From: a virus
Lineage: Duplodnaviria > Caudoviricetes
Length of the DNA: 64,000 bases
IMG/VR virus record: IMGVR_UViG_3300028805_003982
Direction: 5' to 3' (one strand)
Below, piece by piece: positions 20,596 through 31,116 of this stretch. The notes under the pieces are model-generated. The model was not told the DNA's origin and did no database searches. It was given only the letters and a program-made list of their open reading frames with translations. Made by a program: the position numbers and the translations under genes. Each line of letters opens with the position of its first letter. Within the stretch, counting starts at the first letter, position 1.

Positions 20596-22551
20596 ATGGG
20601 GCAGCATTACGACAGATTATTAACTGAGATAGGTCAGAATCACGCGCCTTTTATCGTGTATGATCTTGAAACGACCGGAAGGATGAACGGGCATGACAAC
20701 CGCATTACCCAGATAGCTTTAACAGCCTATCTGTGGAACCTTGCATCGGACAGATATGAACTCAGGGATCACATGTTCATTCTGGCAAAGCCCGATCCCG
20801 ATAATCTCAGATCGCTTATAAAGCGTGCAGAACCTACCAGAGAAAATGCCAGAGAAGAGCTTCGTTCGGAGTTCATGTTTAAATACGGCAGGGCAGAGAA
20901 GGAAGCATACGAAAAATGCAAAGAACAGCACGCTAAATATAAAGCATTGATAGAAGATTACAGAAACGGCACATATACAGGACGCTTCTCTTTGGATCTG
21001 TTAAAGAAAAGATCTCATGAATATGCTGCCAGAGCGCCATATTTAAAGAAGCTTTGGGATGAGAAAACGGCAAAGCTTGCCAATAATGATCCTTCTATGC
21101 AGGCGGAATGCAATAAATACATTGCAGACCATCTGGACGAAAAGATAGATGCCATGAAGAAGACTCCGTCTTTGAAAGAAGAACTGGCGCTTCAGGGCAT
21201 TACTCTTGATACCTATATTGCCGGTAATCTTGGGCTGACCGGAAGCGAGATGCAGACCGGTATAATGGAGTTTTTGTCCAAGTATGACAGTCCGGATACC
21301 ATCTTTATTACAAACGGTACCTATTATCAGAAGCATTATCTTGCCAAGGCCGGCATGGGCATTACAAAGGACTGGGATCACATAGTTGACTATGCACATA
21401 TCCTCAAAGAAAACATAAAGGACCCCAGCAAGATCCGTCTCAGTTCTTTTGTTGAAGAGTATCAGAAAAAGACCGGGAAACAGATCAAGACGTTCGACTC
21501 GTTTACCAAAGCGTTATGCTTTGCCGAGATGGCTGCAAGCACTTGCGGCGTCAAGATCTCCAATAGAAGTCTTGAGCAGCTGACAAACGCCGTTAAGACC
21601 GAGGCCTTTAAGAATGATGAGAATTATGTCATGTCTTTGTCCGCCATGGCAAACCACAACTGGATCAGTATAGATAAAGCCATTTCTGCTACATACACCT
21701 TCAGCTCTTTGGAGTTTGTCCAGTTCGGCAACGACAGAAGGTATGTGGATCTTGATAAGATGTTTGAAGTAAATGACAATTTCGAGATCACCTTGGAAGG
21801 CGAGAAGGAACCTATCAAGACATGGGACGAGCTTGAAGCGAAGATAAAAGCTCTTAACAGCCACATTTCAAATGACCTTCTGGAAAAGATAAAGACTAAG
21901 TATGAAGAACTTGAGGTCGAGGTCAATTTAAAGAAACAGAACGCTTCGGCCCATATCAAAGAGCATGACGCGGATAATGAAGACGTAGAGGTCAGGAAAG
22001 AACGCGAAAAGATACGGGACAACCTTGATGCCAAAGACAATGTCAGACAGGATTCCCCTGAGGTCGATAAGGTAAAGGATCTCGAAAAGAGAGCCGCTGC
22101 AGTTACCGGGCAGCTGTCTGACAATGCACATAAGGCCGCAGCCAAGATAGTAAAGCAGATGCTTAATATCGAACAGTATCTTGCTCCTGAGGCGTCCGCA
22201 TTAAACGACCTCGAAAAGAAATATAAGATCTCACCGGGCCGTTCGGACGATGTCCGCATCTGCGGGTACCTGATCGACGGCGGTAAGTTCGCCATCCTCG
22301 GCGCATGGTCTCAGCGCTCGGACAAGAGTTTAGAAAAGGGTACTGAGCAGATAGAAGATACTCTCTTGAAGAGGGGTTTTAATCCGTTTAAGCCTTTGTT
22401 TGATCCCTCTTACATCGATTCTGTTAAGCGGGATATGTCCGGGCTTGCGTGCAGCCTTTTGGAGAAGTACATCGACGATCAGACAAAGACATTGAACTCA
22501 ATCCCTGCAGATCTGGATATTACCGACTTCGGCGATCATTCAGGGCTGTAA
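20596..22551 (+). CDS. Large protein with DnaQ/DEDD-like 3'-5' exonuclease N-terminus and long insertions
   Basis: FIVYDLETTG..D.RITQIA Exo I motif; later Exo motifs not clearly seen. Confidence 0.6.
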   Translation: MGQHYDRLLTEIGQNHAPFIVYDLETTGRMNGHDNRITQIALTAYLWNLASDRYELRDHMFILAKPDPDNLRSLIKRAEPTRENAREELRSEFMFKYGRAEKEAYEKCKEQHAKYKALIEDYRNGTYTGRFSLDLLKKRSHEYAARAPYLKKLWDEKTAKLANNDPSMQAECNKYIADHLDEKIDAMKKTPSLKEELALQGITLDTYIAGNLGLTGSEMQTGIMEFLSKYDSPDTIFITNGTYYQKHYLAKAGMGITKDWDHIVDYAHILKENIKDPSKIRLSSFVEEYQKKTGKQIKTFDSFTKALCFAEMAASTCGVKISNRSLEQLTNAVKTEAFKNDENYVMSLSAMANHNWISIDKAISATYTFSSLEFVQFGNDRRYVDLDKMFEVNDNFEITLEGEKEPIKTWDELEAKIKALNSHISNDLLEKIKTKYEELEVEVNLKKQNASAHIKEHDADNEDVEVRKEREKIRDNLDAKDNVRQDSPEVDKVKDLEKRAAAVTGQLSDNAHKAAAKIVKQMLNIEQYLAPEASALNDLEKKYKISPGRSDDVRICGYLIDGGKFAILGAWSQRSDKSLEKGTEQIEDTLLKRGFNPFKPLFDPSYIDSVKRDMSGLACSLLEKYIDDQTKTLNSIPADLDITDFGDHSGL

Positions 22552-22584
22552 CAAAAACACATAACAGGTAAAGGAGGGACAAAG

Positions 22585-23016
22585 ATGGACAAGCGTGAAA
22601 AGCAGCGTCAGATAGCTGAACAGATGCTGGCAGGTGCCGCCATTGAGTGGGGCTCCCAGTTCTTTGAGATCAAAGAAGATAATGTTAAATATGAAAGAGG
22701 TCTGGTACTTACCGTTTATAACGACAAGGAACACAAATGCAGGGAATGGAGTCACTGCATCGATCTGGATACCATCGAAGTGGAAGACCTTCCCGAATTC
22801 AGTGAAGCTGTTGTTCAGAAAAGAACTCTTGATAACATCATGGACGCTGTTGAAGACGCCGTTTATGACATCAGGGAAGATTATGACATCCCACAGCCTG
22901 ATAAGGAAACGAGACTGCCTGCTGACGTACAGCGTTCCGCAGAGCAGTTGGCTTCTTCAGTCGCGAGATCATTAGTTAAGGAAAAAGAGATAGATGACAG
23001 CAGAAAGAGTCTTTGA
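22585..23016 (+). CDS. Hypothetical protein
   Basis: 143 aa, RBS AAGGAGG. Confidence 0.7.
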   Translation: MDKREKQRQIAEQMLAGAAIEWGSQFFEIKEDNVKYERGLVLTVYNDKEHKCREWSHCIDLDTIEVEDLPEFSEAVVQKRTLDNIMDAVEDAVYDIREDYDIPQPDKETRLPADVQRSAEQLASSVARSLVKEKEIDDSRKSL

Positions 23017-23033
23017 CCGTAAGGAGGTAAGTT

Positions 23034-23378
23034 ATGACTATTGAATTTGATTGTGTGAGCAATGATACCAGCACCGTTTATGTTAATTCGGCAAGTTTTA
23101 AGCTGGATTGCGGAAAGATCGTAACCGTTGACAGAGATTTAACAAGAATATCCAGATCAGATAACGGTCACATATCAATGGCTTGGAGCGAGATCTATAT
23201 ATGGGACGGTGAAAACGAAATCCGGGATATAGAAGACCTGTTTTCGAAGGGAGCTACCTTGGTTGGTATTGAAATTGAAGACGACGCGCCCGACGGATAT
23301 AACATAGAGGCAATTTCCTGTAAGGTGTACGGAAAAGACTTCGAACTTAATGCTTGTAGCGACGGGATCGGAATGTAA
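23034..23378 (+). CDS. Hypothetical protein
   Basis: 114 aa, RBS AAGGAGGT. Confidence 0.7.
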   Translation: MTIEFDCVSNDTSTVYVNSASFKLDCGKIVTVDRDLTRISRSDNGHISMAWSEIYIWDGENEIRDIEDLFSKGATLVGIEIEDDAPDGYNIEAISCKVYGKDFELNACSDGIGM

Positions 23379-23487
23379 AACGCGGGTTTTTTATACTATT
23401 TTCAAGAATCGCTGTTATATATTAAATATGGGTAGTTAATACGGAAGTATTACCGCCAGTATAATTTTGGCAAAGGAAAATAGAGGT

Positions 23488-24318
23488 ATGTCTGATTTTA
23501 ATAACAAGTTCATCATCGTCGGCAAGAGTGGCGTAGGTAAGGATTACATTACCAAGATATTCGAAGACCTGGGCAAAGAGAGGCTGGTTACTTATACGAC
23601 CAGGCCTCAGCGTTATCCCGGGGAAGATACACATAAGTTCATAACAGAACAGGAGGCTGCTTCTTTTGCCAACTCCGAAAAGTATCTGCGTACGTCAGTT
23701 GCGCAACACGAGTATTTTACGACCTTGGAAGACGTGAAAAAGGCGGATGTAATTATCTTAGATCCGGCAGGCGTTAAGGAGATCTTATCCAGAATGCCCG
23801 ATCAGACATTTCATCTGATCTACATTAATGCAGATCCCGCAGAGCGTATGCGGGCTGCCCTTTTAAGACAGGACAGACGTTTTGACAGGGCTTGTCCGGT
23901 TCTTTCGGATAAACTGGACTACATCATGCACAAGACCCGTTCATCCAAAGTGGTTGATTCGTACAACAACGCTGTAAGCGAAGCTATCGAAACGATCGGT
24001 AAGTTCAGTAAGTATACCAGTTTTACTGATGAGGATAAAAATACGCTGGCTAAGGAAGTGGGTATCGTCTACTCGCGTTTCGTTGATGAAGAGCAGGCGT
24101 TTGATGACTTTGAGCATGTTTTTTACGGATATGTGGGAAGAAGGGTTGAAACCCCCGATAACGTAGTCTTTGTCTGGGATATTACGAATAATTTTGACCC
24201 TTCGGACATCAGAGAAAAGGTTCAGGAGATCGTCCGTACCGATGAAATGGCCAAGAAAATGTGCGAAAAGAATTTTTGCGGCATTAACGATAAGGGCGAT
24301 GGCGACAGGGGGTTATGA
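23488..24318 (+). CDS. Guanylate kinase-like protein
   Basis: IIVGKSGVGKD P-loop, VTYTTRPQR..E..HKFIT, ILDPAG. Confidence 0.8.
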   Translation: MSDFNNKFIIVGKSGVGKDYITKIFEDLGKERLVTYTTRPQRYPGEDTHKFITEQEAASFANSEKYLRTSVAQHEYFTTLEDVKKADVIILDPAGVKEILSRMPDQTFHLIYINADPAERMRAALLRQDRRFDRACPVLSDKLDYIMHKTRSSKVVDSYNNAVSEAIETIGKFSKYTSFTDEDKNTLAKEVGIVYSRFVDEEQAFDDFEHVFYGYVGRRVETPDNVVFVWDITNNFDPSDIREKVQEIVRTDEMAKKMCEKNFCGINDKGDGDRGL

Positions 24319-24319
24319 T

Positions 24320-25126
24320 ATGGATTACGCAAAACTCAGGCTCAGCGCTTTGATAGATCTGTATAAGTCCGGGGATAAGGAAGCCGGGGCTGCTCTTGTT
24401 GAAAAGAAGATCCCTTCAATTACCAAACTTGCCGAATCTTTTGGCAATACCGGTGTTGTCACCGTTGATGATTTGGTGCAGGTAGGGTGCCTGGGTCTTC
24501 TCAAAGCTCTCGATAAGTTCGACAGATCCAAGGGTGAAAACTTTAACGCATACGCTTCTTTCTGGATCAGGCGTGAAATGCAGCACGAGCTTGAAGAGAA
24601 TGTAAGGACCATTCATGTTCCGCTTCAGGTTCAGAACGACATCCGTAAGATCGCCGAGTATCAGGAAGACTGTTATGGAGCGGCAGACGAAATCCCGACC
24701 GTCAGGAATATAGCAGAGCATTTCGATTTTACCGAGGATTACGTACGCGAGTGCATAAAGCTTATGGACCATACAGACCCGTTAAATAAACATAAGGAAG
24801 TATTGAGTGATCTGGGCAATGATTATATCGAAACGACCCCTGAGCAGCTCAGCAGACAAGGGGTTTTGAAAGATGAATTGATCAAAGCCATAAATAAAAC
24901 ACTGACACCCCGCGAGGCTTTTGTTATCCGTGAGCGTTATTTGAATGAAGATGAATCGCTCGTGCCGTTTGAAAAAATAGGCAAAAAGATCGGCCTCACA
25001 AGAGAACGCGTAAGACAGATAGAGGCCAGAGCTTTATATAAACTGCGCCACTATAACAAAAATCTGCAGTTTTTAGGGGATTCGAACGGCGTTCCGCTGG
25101 AACCCGATCACAGCAGAAAGCTCTAA
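24320..25126 (+). CDS. Sigma-70 family RNA polymerase sigma factor
   Basis: DDLVQVGCLGLLKALDKFD, FNAYASFWIR, GLTRERVRQIEARALYKLR. Confidence 0.92.
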   Translation: MDYAKLRLSALIDLYKSGDKEAGAALVEKKIPSITKLAESFGNTGVVTVDDLVQVGCLGLLKALDKFDRSKGENFNAYASFWIRREMQHELEENVRTIHVPLQVQNDIRKIAEYQEDCYGAADEIPTVRNIAEHFDFTEDYVRECIKLMDHTDPLNKHKEVLSDLGNDYIETTPEQLSRQGVLKDELIKAINKTLTPREAFVIRERYLNEDESLVPFEKIGKKIGLTRERVRQIEARALYKLRHYNKNLQFLGDSNGVPLEPDHSRKL

Positions 25127-25144
25127 AAAAGGAACGGAAAGGAA

Positions 25145-26164
25145 ATGAAATACATGACACCTGAAGAATACTGGCACATTCCTGCCGAAGAAATGGAAGT
25201 TTTATCTCCCGAAAGGGAACAGGACCTTGCAAGACGCGCCCGCAACGGGGACAGTACTGCAAGGGATGAGTTGGTCTCGCATAATTTAAGGCTTGTAATG
25301 TCGCTGGCCAATAAAGCCACGTCTTCCGGAGTAGGCGTCGACCAAGACGATAAGATCCAGGATGGCATGATGGGGCTGATGCGTGCGATAGAATCCTTTG
25401 ACCCGGATCTGGGTTTCAAATTTTCAACCTATGCCGTTTGGTGGATCAATCAGGCGATCGGAAGAGGCATCGCTAATGGAGACAGAGCCATAAGGATTCC
25501 CGTTCATGCATTGGATCGTCTTAACGCCATGAATAAGTTCCGCAAACAGTACCAGCAGGAAACCGGTGAGATCCCGGATAGGGAAACGATGCGAAACGCT
25601 TTTTCGGACCTGTCTGAAGATACTTTCAACCTGTTGTACAGCGGCTGCGTGGAACCGTTATCTCTTGATAATGTCGTAAGGCCCGACGAAGGAGAAGACG
25701 GAACCGTCGGCGATCTGATAGCTTTTTATAATGCGGATATAATGGCCGGGGATACCGTGTCTTCCGTAGAACGTGACAATGAATTGGAAGATCTGAAACG
25801 CAGAGTCCTCTTTGCTGTTGAAACATATCTCGATCCCAGAGAGCAGGAAGTCATCAAATGCAGATTCGGCCTTTGCGGCAGACCCATCTCGACTTTACAG
25901 GATGTCGGCGAAAAGATGGGCATCACACGGGAGCGAATCCGTCAGATAGAAAACAAGGCCCTGCGCAAACTCCGTATGAAAGGGTATAACATGCTTAACG
26001 GCCTCGATGGACACGAATTTCCGAAGATCAGGGTCGAGTCAAAACAGGACTTCAACAATATCCAGGTCGGTACCGGAGGGGGCTATGCAGGTATGTCAAA
26101 AGGGGAGAGGATCGAGCGCCCCTCTGACGGTCAACATAGTTTCGGTTCCGGTTCAAACTTGTGA
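25145..26164 (+). CDS. Sigma-70 family (RpoD-like) sigma factor
   Basis: LVSHNLRLV, GFKFSTYAVWWINQAI, IRIPVH, GITRERIRQIENKALRKLR. Confidence 0.95.
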   Translation: MKYMTPEEYWHIPAEEMEVLSPEREQDLARRARNGDSTARDELVSHNLRLVMSLANKATSSGVGVDQDDKIQDGMMGLMRAIESFDPDLGFKFSTYAVWWINQAIGRGIANGDRAIRIPVHALDRLNAMNKFRKQYQQETGEIPDRETMRNAFSDLSEDTFNLLYSGCVEPLSLDNVVRPDEGEDGTVGDLIAFYNADIMAGDTVSSVERDNELEDLKRRVLFAVETYLDPREQEVIKCRFGLCGRPISTLQDVGEKMGITRERIRQIENKALRKLRMKGYNMLNGLDGHEFPKIRVESKQDFNNIQVGTGGGYAGMSKGERIERPSDGQHSFGSGSNL

Positions 26165-26310
26165 AAATTCATAAAATCGAAAGAAAATTAAGAAAAAAAG
26201 TTGCGAAACTTCGGTTTTTGCCCCCGGGTTCTTTAGATGCGTGTGTTATTTTATAAGTAAGAACAACAATTTCTTGCCGGGATGGTCCGGAGAGAAAGGA
26301 GGCAAAGACT

Positions 26311-26517
26311 ATGAAGAGCATGTTATGGGTAATCCTGGTATACGACAAATGTATGCGTATGGAAGAGACACAGAGGGAAAGAGAGTTCAAAGATACTCCC
26401 GATCTCAAGCGTTACTGCCAGATGGCCGCAGACCTGATCGATACTTCCGATTATCACAGGAATTTTTATTCCAGGTTATCCGAGGATCGCTTGGCTTCTG
26501 CCGGACGTGAGATGTGA
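26311..26517 (+). CDS. Small hypothetical protein
   Basis: 68 aa, RBS AAAGGAGG. Confidence 0.55.
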   Translation: MKSMLWVILVYDKCMRMEETQREREFKDTPDLKRYCQMAADLIDTSDYHRNFYSRLSEDRLASAGREM

Positions 26518-26578
26518 CATGGACAATTACCGGGGCAGATCCGGATTGTATATATTTGAATAAAGGAGACATAAATCT

Positions 26579-27019
26579 ATGAATTGTGTTATGCTTACCG
26601 GACGTCTTACTAAGGACGTCGAGCTGATCGTTAAGGATGAGAACCGTTGTCATACATCGTTTGACATCGCCGTTGACCGCAGGTTTCCGGACAAGGAAGG
26701 CAACAAGAAGTGTGACTTTATCAAGTGCATGGCCTTCGGCAGCAGAGCGAAGTTTCTCAGTAACTACTGCAAGCAGGGCGACCTTGTTCTTCTTTCCGGA
26801 ACTTTGGAGACTTCTACTTATGAGAAGGACGGAGTTAAGGTAAAGTCTTACTGCGTAGTCATCGACGGGATCGAACCCCTGTCTAAGAAGAAGAGTCCTT
26901 CTGTCAGCGGAGAGGATTCCGAAGATGCTGATGAGGCGACTTCTGATGCAGCTCCTGCTGAGGGTGATATCAATACCGATACCGGCAGCGATGATGACGG
27001 CACTCTTTTCCAGGTATGA
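26579..27019 (+). CDS. ssb: Single-stranded DNA-binding protein
   Basis: MNCVMLTGRLTKDVEL, IAVDRRF, DFIKCMAFG; acidic tail. Confidence 0.92.
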   Translation: MNCVMLTGRLTKDVELIVKDENRCHTSFDIAVDRRFPDKEGNKKCDFIKCMAFGSRAKFLSNYCKQGDLVLLSGTLETSTYEKDGVKVKSYCVVIDGIEPLSKKKSPSVSGEDSEDADEATSDAAPAEGDINTDTGSDDDGTLFQV

Positions 27020-27063
27020 CGTTTTCTGGTATAATCCAACGTATAATTTTTCGGGGGTGATCT

Positions 27064-27276
27064 ATGGATAAGCTGTTTATTCAGATCGGTTTATTTAAGA
27101 TCTGGTATGATCCTGACCTCATTAACATCTCCGACCCGGAGGTAGTCAAGGTTATTGAGGAGTTCAGAAGTAAGTATGCCTGTCTGACTGAGAAGGATCT
27201 GAGCGAGTATGAGGAGAGAGATCTCAGTATCTGGCCGTATCCTTATGACGGCGAGAAATACAGGATCGCTCCGTAA
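27064..27276 (+). CDS. Hypothetical protein
   Basis: 70 aa ORF with RBS GGGGGTG. Confidence 0.6.
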   Translation: MDKLFIQIGLFKIWYDPDLINISDPEVVKVIEEFRSKYACLTEKDLSEYEERDLSIWPYPYDGEKYRIAP

Positions 27277-27353
27277 GTGCTGATATAAAGTTCTAAACTC
27301 CCGTTTAGATGTGATACTTAAGATATTGGTATCTTCAAACGGGAGGAACTTTT

Positions 27354-27848
27354 ATGTTAAGCGTATATGAACTCAGACCCGGCATGATCTTAAGCGGCAG
27401 GCTGCCGTTTCCCAATGGTGAAATGCCCTGCAAGGACAGGTTTTATATTGTAGCCGCCGTAGAGGATCGCAAAGCATACGTTTGGTATTGTAATTCTCAA
27501 AAACCGTGGCGGCAGCCGGGCCAGTACAATAACGAGTTCTGGTATGGAACTAACGAAGCACCGGTTCCGCCATTCCATAAGGGAGGCGTTTTACAGCTGC
27601 AGAATATAAGAAGGCTTTCCGGTGAGGATCTGGGAAATCTCTCCATCGCTTACGGGGGAAATACGATCCCGTATTCATTATTGATAGATTTTAAGGAAGC
27701 TTTCATAGAAGGCATGGTCTTAGGTAAGTGGCAGATCACCAACCCCAAAAGGATACCGCAGGAGTTTCAGAGAATGATAGATCTTGTGAACAGTCACAGG
27801 ATGGATGTTGAAAAAGAAATGCTAAGTACGTCAAAACGGATGGATTAA
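27354..27848 (+). CDS. Possible PemK/MazF-fold protein
   Basis: RPGMIL..RLPFPNG...KDRFYIVA..YCNS resembles the PemK-like N-terminus. Confidence 0.4.
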   Translation: MLSVYELRPGMILSGRLPFPNGEMPCKDRFYIVAAVEDRKAYVWYCNSQKPWRQPGQYNNEFWYGTNEAPVPPFHKGGVLQLQNIRRLSGEDLGNLSIAYGGNTIPYSLLIDFKEAFIEGMVLGKWQITNPKRIPQEFQRMIDLVNSHRMDVEKEMLSTSKRMD

Positions 27849-28628
27849 AGATGACAAGCAAAAGAAAAAGAGAAGAGATCAGGCTTAAAGACGAGGGGAA
27901 GATAAGGGAGTTTAAAAGAAAACCGCCCATTCCTCCGAATAAAGTCGTTCCTTTGAAAAACAAGGAGAAACTGGAACAGATCATCAGAAAGGAAGCGGAA
28001 AGAGAATTATGATGAAGAACATAAACAATCTGAAACTGAATAAGCGTGAGGAATACGTCAAGACATACAATAAACTGTGCAGCGCTCTGTTCGTGGTTTG
28101 TTTACTCGGTGTGGGTGTTTTTCTGTTTCCCATCATCGTGGGTTTCTTTGTCGGGTTCTTCGGTGGTTAAGACCAGATCCATTTTAGCGCTTTTACTAAC
28201 GGGTCATTAAGACCCGTTTATTTTTTTTTCTTGTATAACACGTTTTGTAAAAAACACTGTTATAATAATAATTGTAGGAAAACAACGGTAATTCCTACGA
28301 CAATTCGCTTGATAAGATCGATTGACTGTTCATTGACATTACCGTGCTTTGCCAACCTTATACCTCTAACGGTCTTGTACGGTCATCGATTTCATACTTT
28401 CTTCTTTCAACGGGCTTCTATTACACCAACCTCTCATTTGTTTTTTATCACCTCAGAAGCCCGTTTTTTAATGCCCGGATTTTTGAGAAAAACTGATTAT
28501 TAAAATGTTCTGGAACGGGTCGTAAAAAATCCCTGAAACGTCGGTAAAACAAGGTTTTGCTGGGTGTTTAGGTGGTATAATAACAGTGTAGGAAAACAAC
28601 ACGAAACTGGTTTTTAAAGGAGATTTTT

Positions 28629-30062
28629 ATGGCACAGATTACACCCGTTCAGATCAGCATGAATTTCGATATCGCTTCAGAGGTTAAGGCAGGTTCTGCA
28701 TCAACCGTTCTTTCCGCTTTGGCAAAAGAAGGCAAGGCTCTTCAGGAGGCTGCCGATGAAGCCGCCAAGAAGGAAGAGGAAGTTACGAAGGAGAAGACGA
28801 AGAAGGAAGCAGTTGTAGTCAAGACTGTTAAGTTGGCATTAGCGGATTATCCCGATTTCATTTTGGAGAGGGATTATGCACACAAGGTCGTTCAGTTCGT
28901 CTATCTTGTTTCCGCAGGAACCTGTTTCCTTAAAACGATAAACAAGAAGTCCGGCGAGAGCACGACAGAACTCTACACTGATCCTGTTCAGTACACACGC
29001 CTGTTTGACAGGGCTTCGGATAAGGTAGAGTTTTCTGAAGGTTTTTGGATCGGCAAGATCGACGGCAGTATGGATAGTGCCCGTTGGCTTCTGAGCGTTA
29101 TTCGGTCTGAAGATGACCGTAATGTCATCGTTCACAAGGCCGCCAAGTGTAACTATGCAGAGTTTGGTTTTGAGCCTTCCCGTCAGCCTTCGGGCAAGAT
29201 CTACATAGCATTTCCGAAGTTGTTTGATCTTATAATGAAGCTGGTCAACGAAGCCGGTTCTGATCAAAATCTGGTAAGATGTTTTGATTACAATTGCGGA
29301 CGTGCTTTTATTGGTTGGTTGCTTTCAGAGTATGGTCTTGATAATACAAGGGATTACATCAGCTGTGTATTCCAGACCCCGTTGATAACAACAGGCAATT
29401 TCGGTTTCCCCAATGTTTATTCTTGTTCATATCGGATGGACCAAACGGTTGAGGAATTGCGTGAATTCTGCCGTATCAACGCAGATTACAAGCGCTTTAA
29501 GGAGTATACTCTCTATCAGTCAGTGCAGATGGGGTATGGATGGAAGTGGGATGATTTCTTTACGGAATGGGATGATACATTGCGTATGCAGACCTATGTA
29601 TATGGCAAGGTTACTGACAAGTATCCCACATGTCTTCCTATGACCCACAGGCAGCTTTCCACAATGACACAGATCAGGAAGATCGACATTGACGAGATGA
29701 AGTTGGCTAAAGCGTTTGAGACTTGTAAGGTTTTTGAGGGCTTTGTTTGGGACACGGATCTTAAGGTGGTAGCACCCGCAAGCCGTCAGGACATCCTGAA
29801 CGAAGCAACCCGTCAGAGCAACTGTCTGGCAAGTTATATGAATAATATCATCGACGGCAGATCGATAATCCTGTTTGTCCGTAAGAAGGACGATATCGAA
29901 GCATCACACATCACGATGGAACTCGATCCTGTTAACTACACTATCGTACAGTGTAAATATGCGTTTAACCGTGAAGTACCCGTTGATATTCAGAGGAAGA
30001 TCGCCGAACACATCCGTAAGCGTTTGGCAAAGGGAGACGAACAGCAGCAGGCGGTTTGCTGA
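28629..30062 (+). CDS. PcfJ-like domain protein
   Basis: C-terminal YP..L..H, EATRQSNCLASY, ILFVRK, TMEL..IVQCK..FN pattern. Confidence 0.75.
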   Translation: MAQITPVQISMNFDIASEVKAGSASTVLSALAKEGKALQEAADEAAKKEEEVTKEKTKKEAVVVKTVKLALADYPDFILERDYAHKVVQFVYLVSAGTCFLKTINKKSGESTTELYTDPVQYTRLFDRASDKVEFSEGFWIGKIDGSMDSARWLLSVIRSEDDRNVIVHKAAKCNYAEFGFEPSRQPSGKIYIAFPKLFDLIMKLVNEAGSDQNLVRCFDYNCGRAFIGWLLSEYGLDNTRDYISCVFQTPLITTGNFGFPNVYSCSYRMDQTVEELREFCRINADYKRFKEYTLYQSVQMGYGWKWDDFFTEWDDTLRMQTYVYGKVTDKYPTCLPMTHRQLSTMTQIRKIDIDEMKLAKAFETCKVFEGFVWDTDLKVVAPASRQDILNEATRQSNCLASYMNNIIDGRSIILFVRKKDDIEASHITMELDPVNYTIVQCKYAFNREVPVDIQRKIAEHIRKRLAKGDEQQQAVC

Positions 30063-30217
30063 TATATGAGCCCGCCGGTACAAAAAGTATCGGCGGGAAT
30101 ATTTCTTCTAATTTGTTGTTCAAACGGCGGTAAAACAAGCATTTTTCGGAGTAACGGCTGTTATAATTAAATTATAGGTAAACAACATAAAAACCCACAT
30201 TTTTCAGGAGGTCTATT

Positions 30218-30472
30218 ATGGCAAGGATAATCAACTCCATCGAATATGATACCCCGACGGTTATGGGCAATGTCTCTACGCTCGGATGCTGCGTGGAAGC
30301 TGACAGCTATGAGGAAGCAAAGGCTTTGGCTGTAAAGTTTGCTCAGGAGCATTTCCAGAACAAGATGGAACAGATGCTGGCAACACAGCTTCTTTTGCAG
30401 TCTCTTGAAGAAGAGTATGACACGCCTACGTTTGATGGCTCGGAAGATGACGGTTGGGACGATGATTGGTGA
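30218..30472 (+). CDS. Acidic hypothetical protein
   Basis: 84 aa; own promoter and RBS AGGAGG. Confidence 0.65.
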   Translation: MARIINSIEYDTPTVMGNVSTLGCCVEADSYEEAKALAVKFAQEHFQNKMEQMLATQLLLQSLEEEYDTPTFDGSEDDGWDDDW

Positions 30473-31116
30473 TATGAGATTTGTTTACGATCAGTAATAT
30501 AAAGGAGGTTTTAGCGCAGGGTGCGGAGGGGTCTCCGCACTCTATCCGTTAAAAGCCGGATGCGCCAAGATTGTGCAAGGTCATTAAGTTAAGGGAAAGG
30601 AAATCGAAAGTGAAAATATCTGAAGTAAAACGCATCATAGAAGGTCTTGAAAGATTATCAAGAAATTTGGAAAATTTGCGAGCTCTATCAACAGGTGTTA
30701 TGGCTTCCCTGCCCGATAAAGATAAAGCTTGTGAATGGAGTGAGAAAATAGCAGATATGGCGAATGTAGATTCTTCACTTCCTAATATTTTTCAGGAAGC
30801 AAAAAATGTTACCGATAATGAAATCAATCGGTTGAATGAATTGATTGACAATGCAGACGTGAATCTTTAATTAAATGCCATTGCAAGATTATGTGGGGTA
30901 TATTTCTATGAGCGAAGAAGAAATGATCCTTTTGTTGGCGATCCTTGAAGCACTGTTTGGTGGCGGGGAACAGTTTCCGGACGGTAACGGGTATTCCAAT
31001 AGGGATAAAGAGAAGAACAGCGGGTGTTTCTGCTGTCTGTTTTGCGATGAATGCCCTGACGCTTTCTGCGATAATGCGGTACATTGTGGAAATTACGGTT
31101 ATGAGGTAGAACGCTG

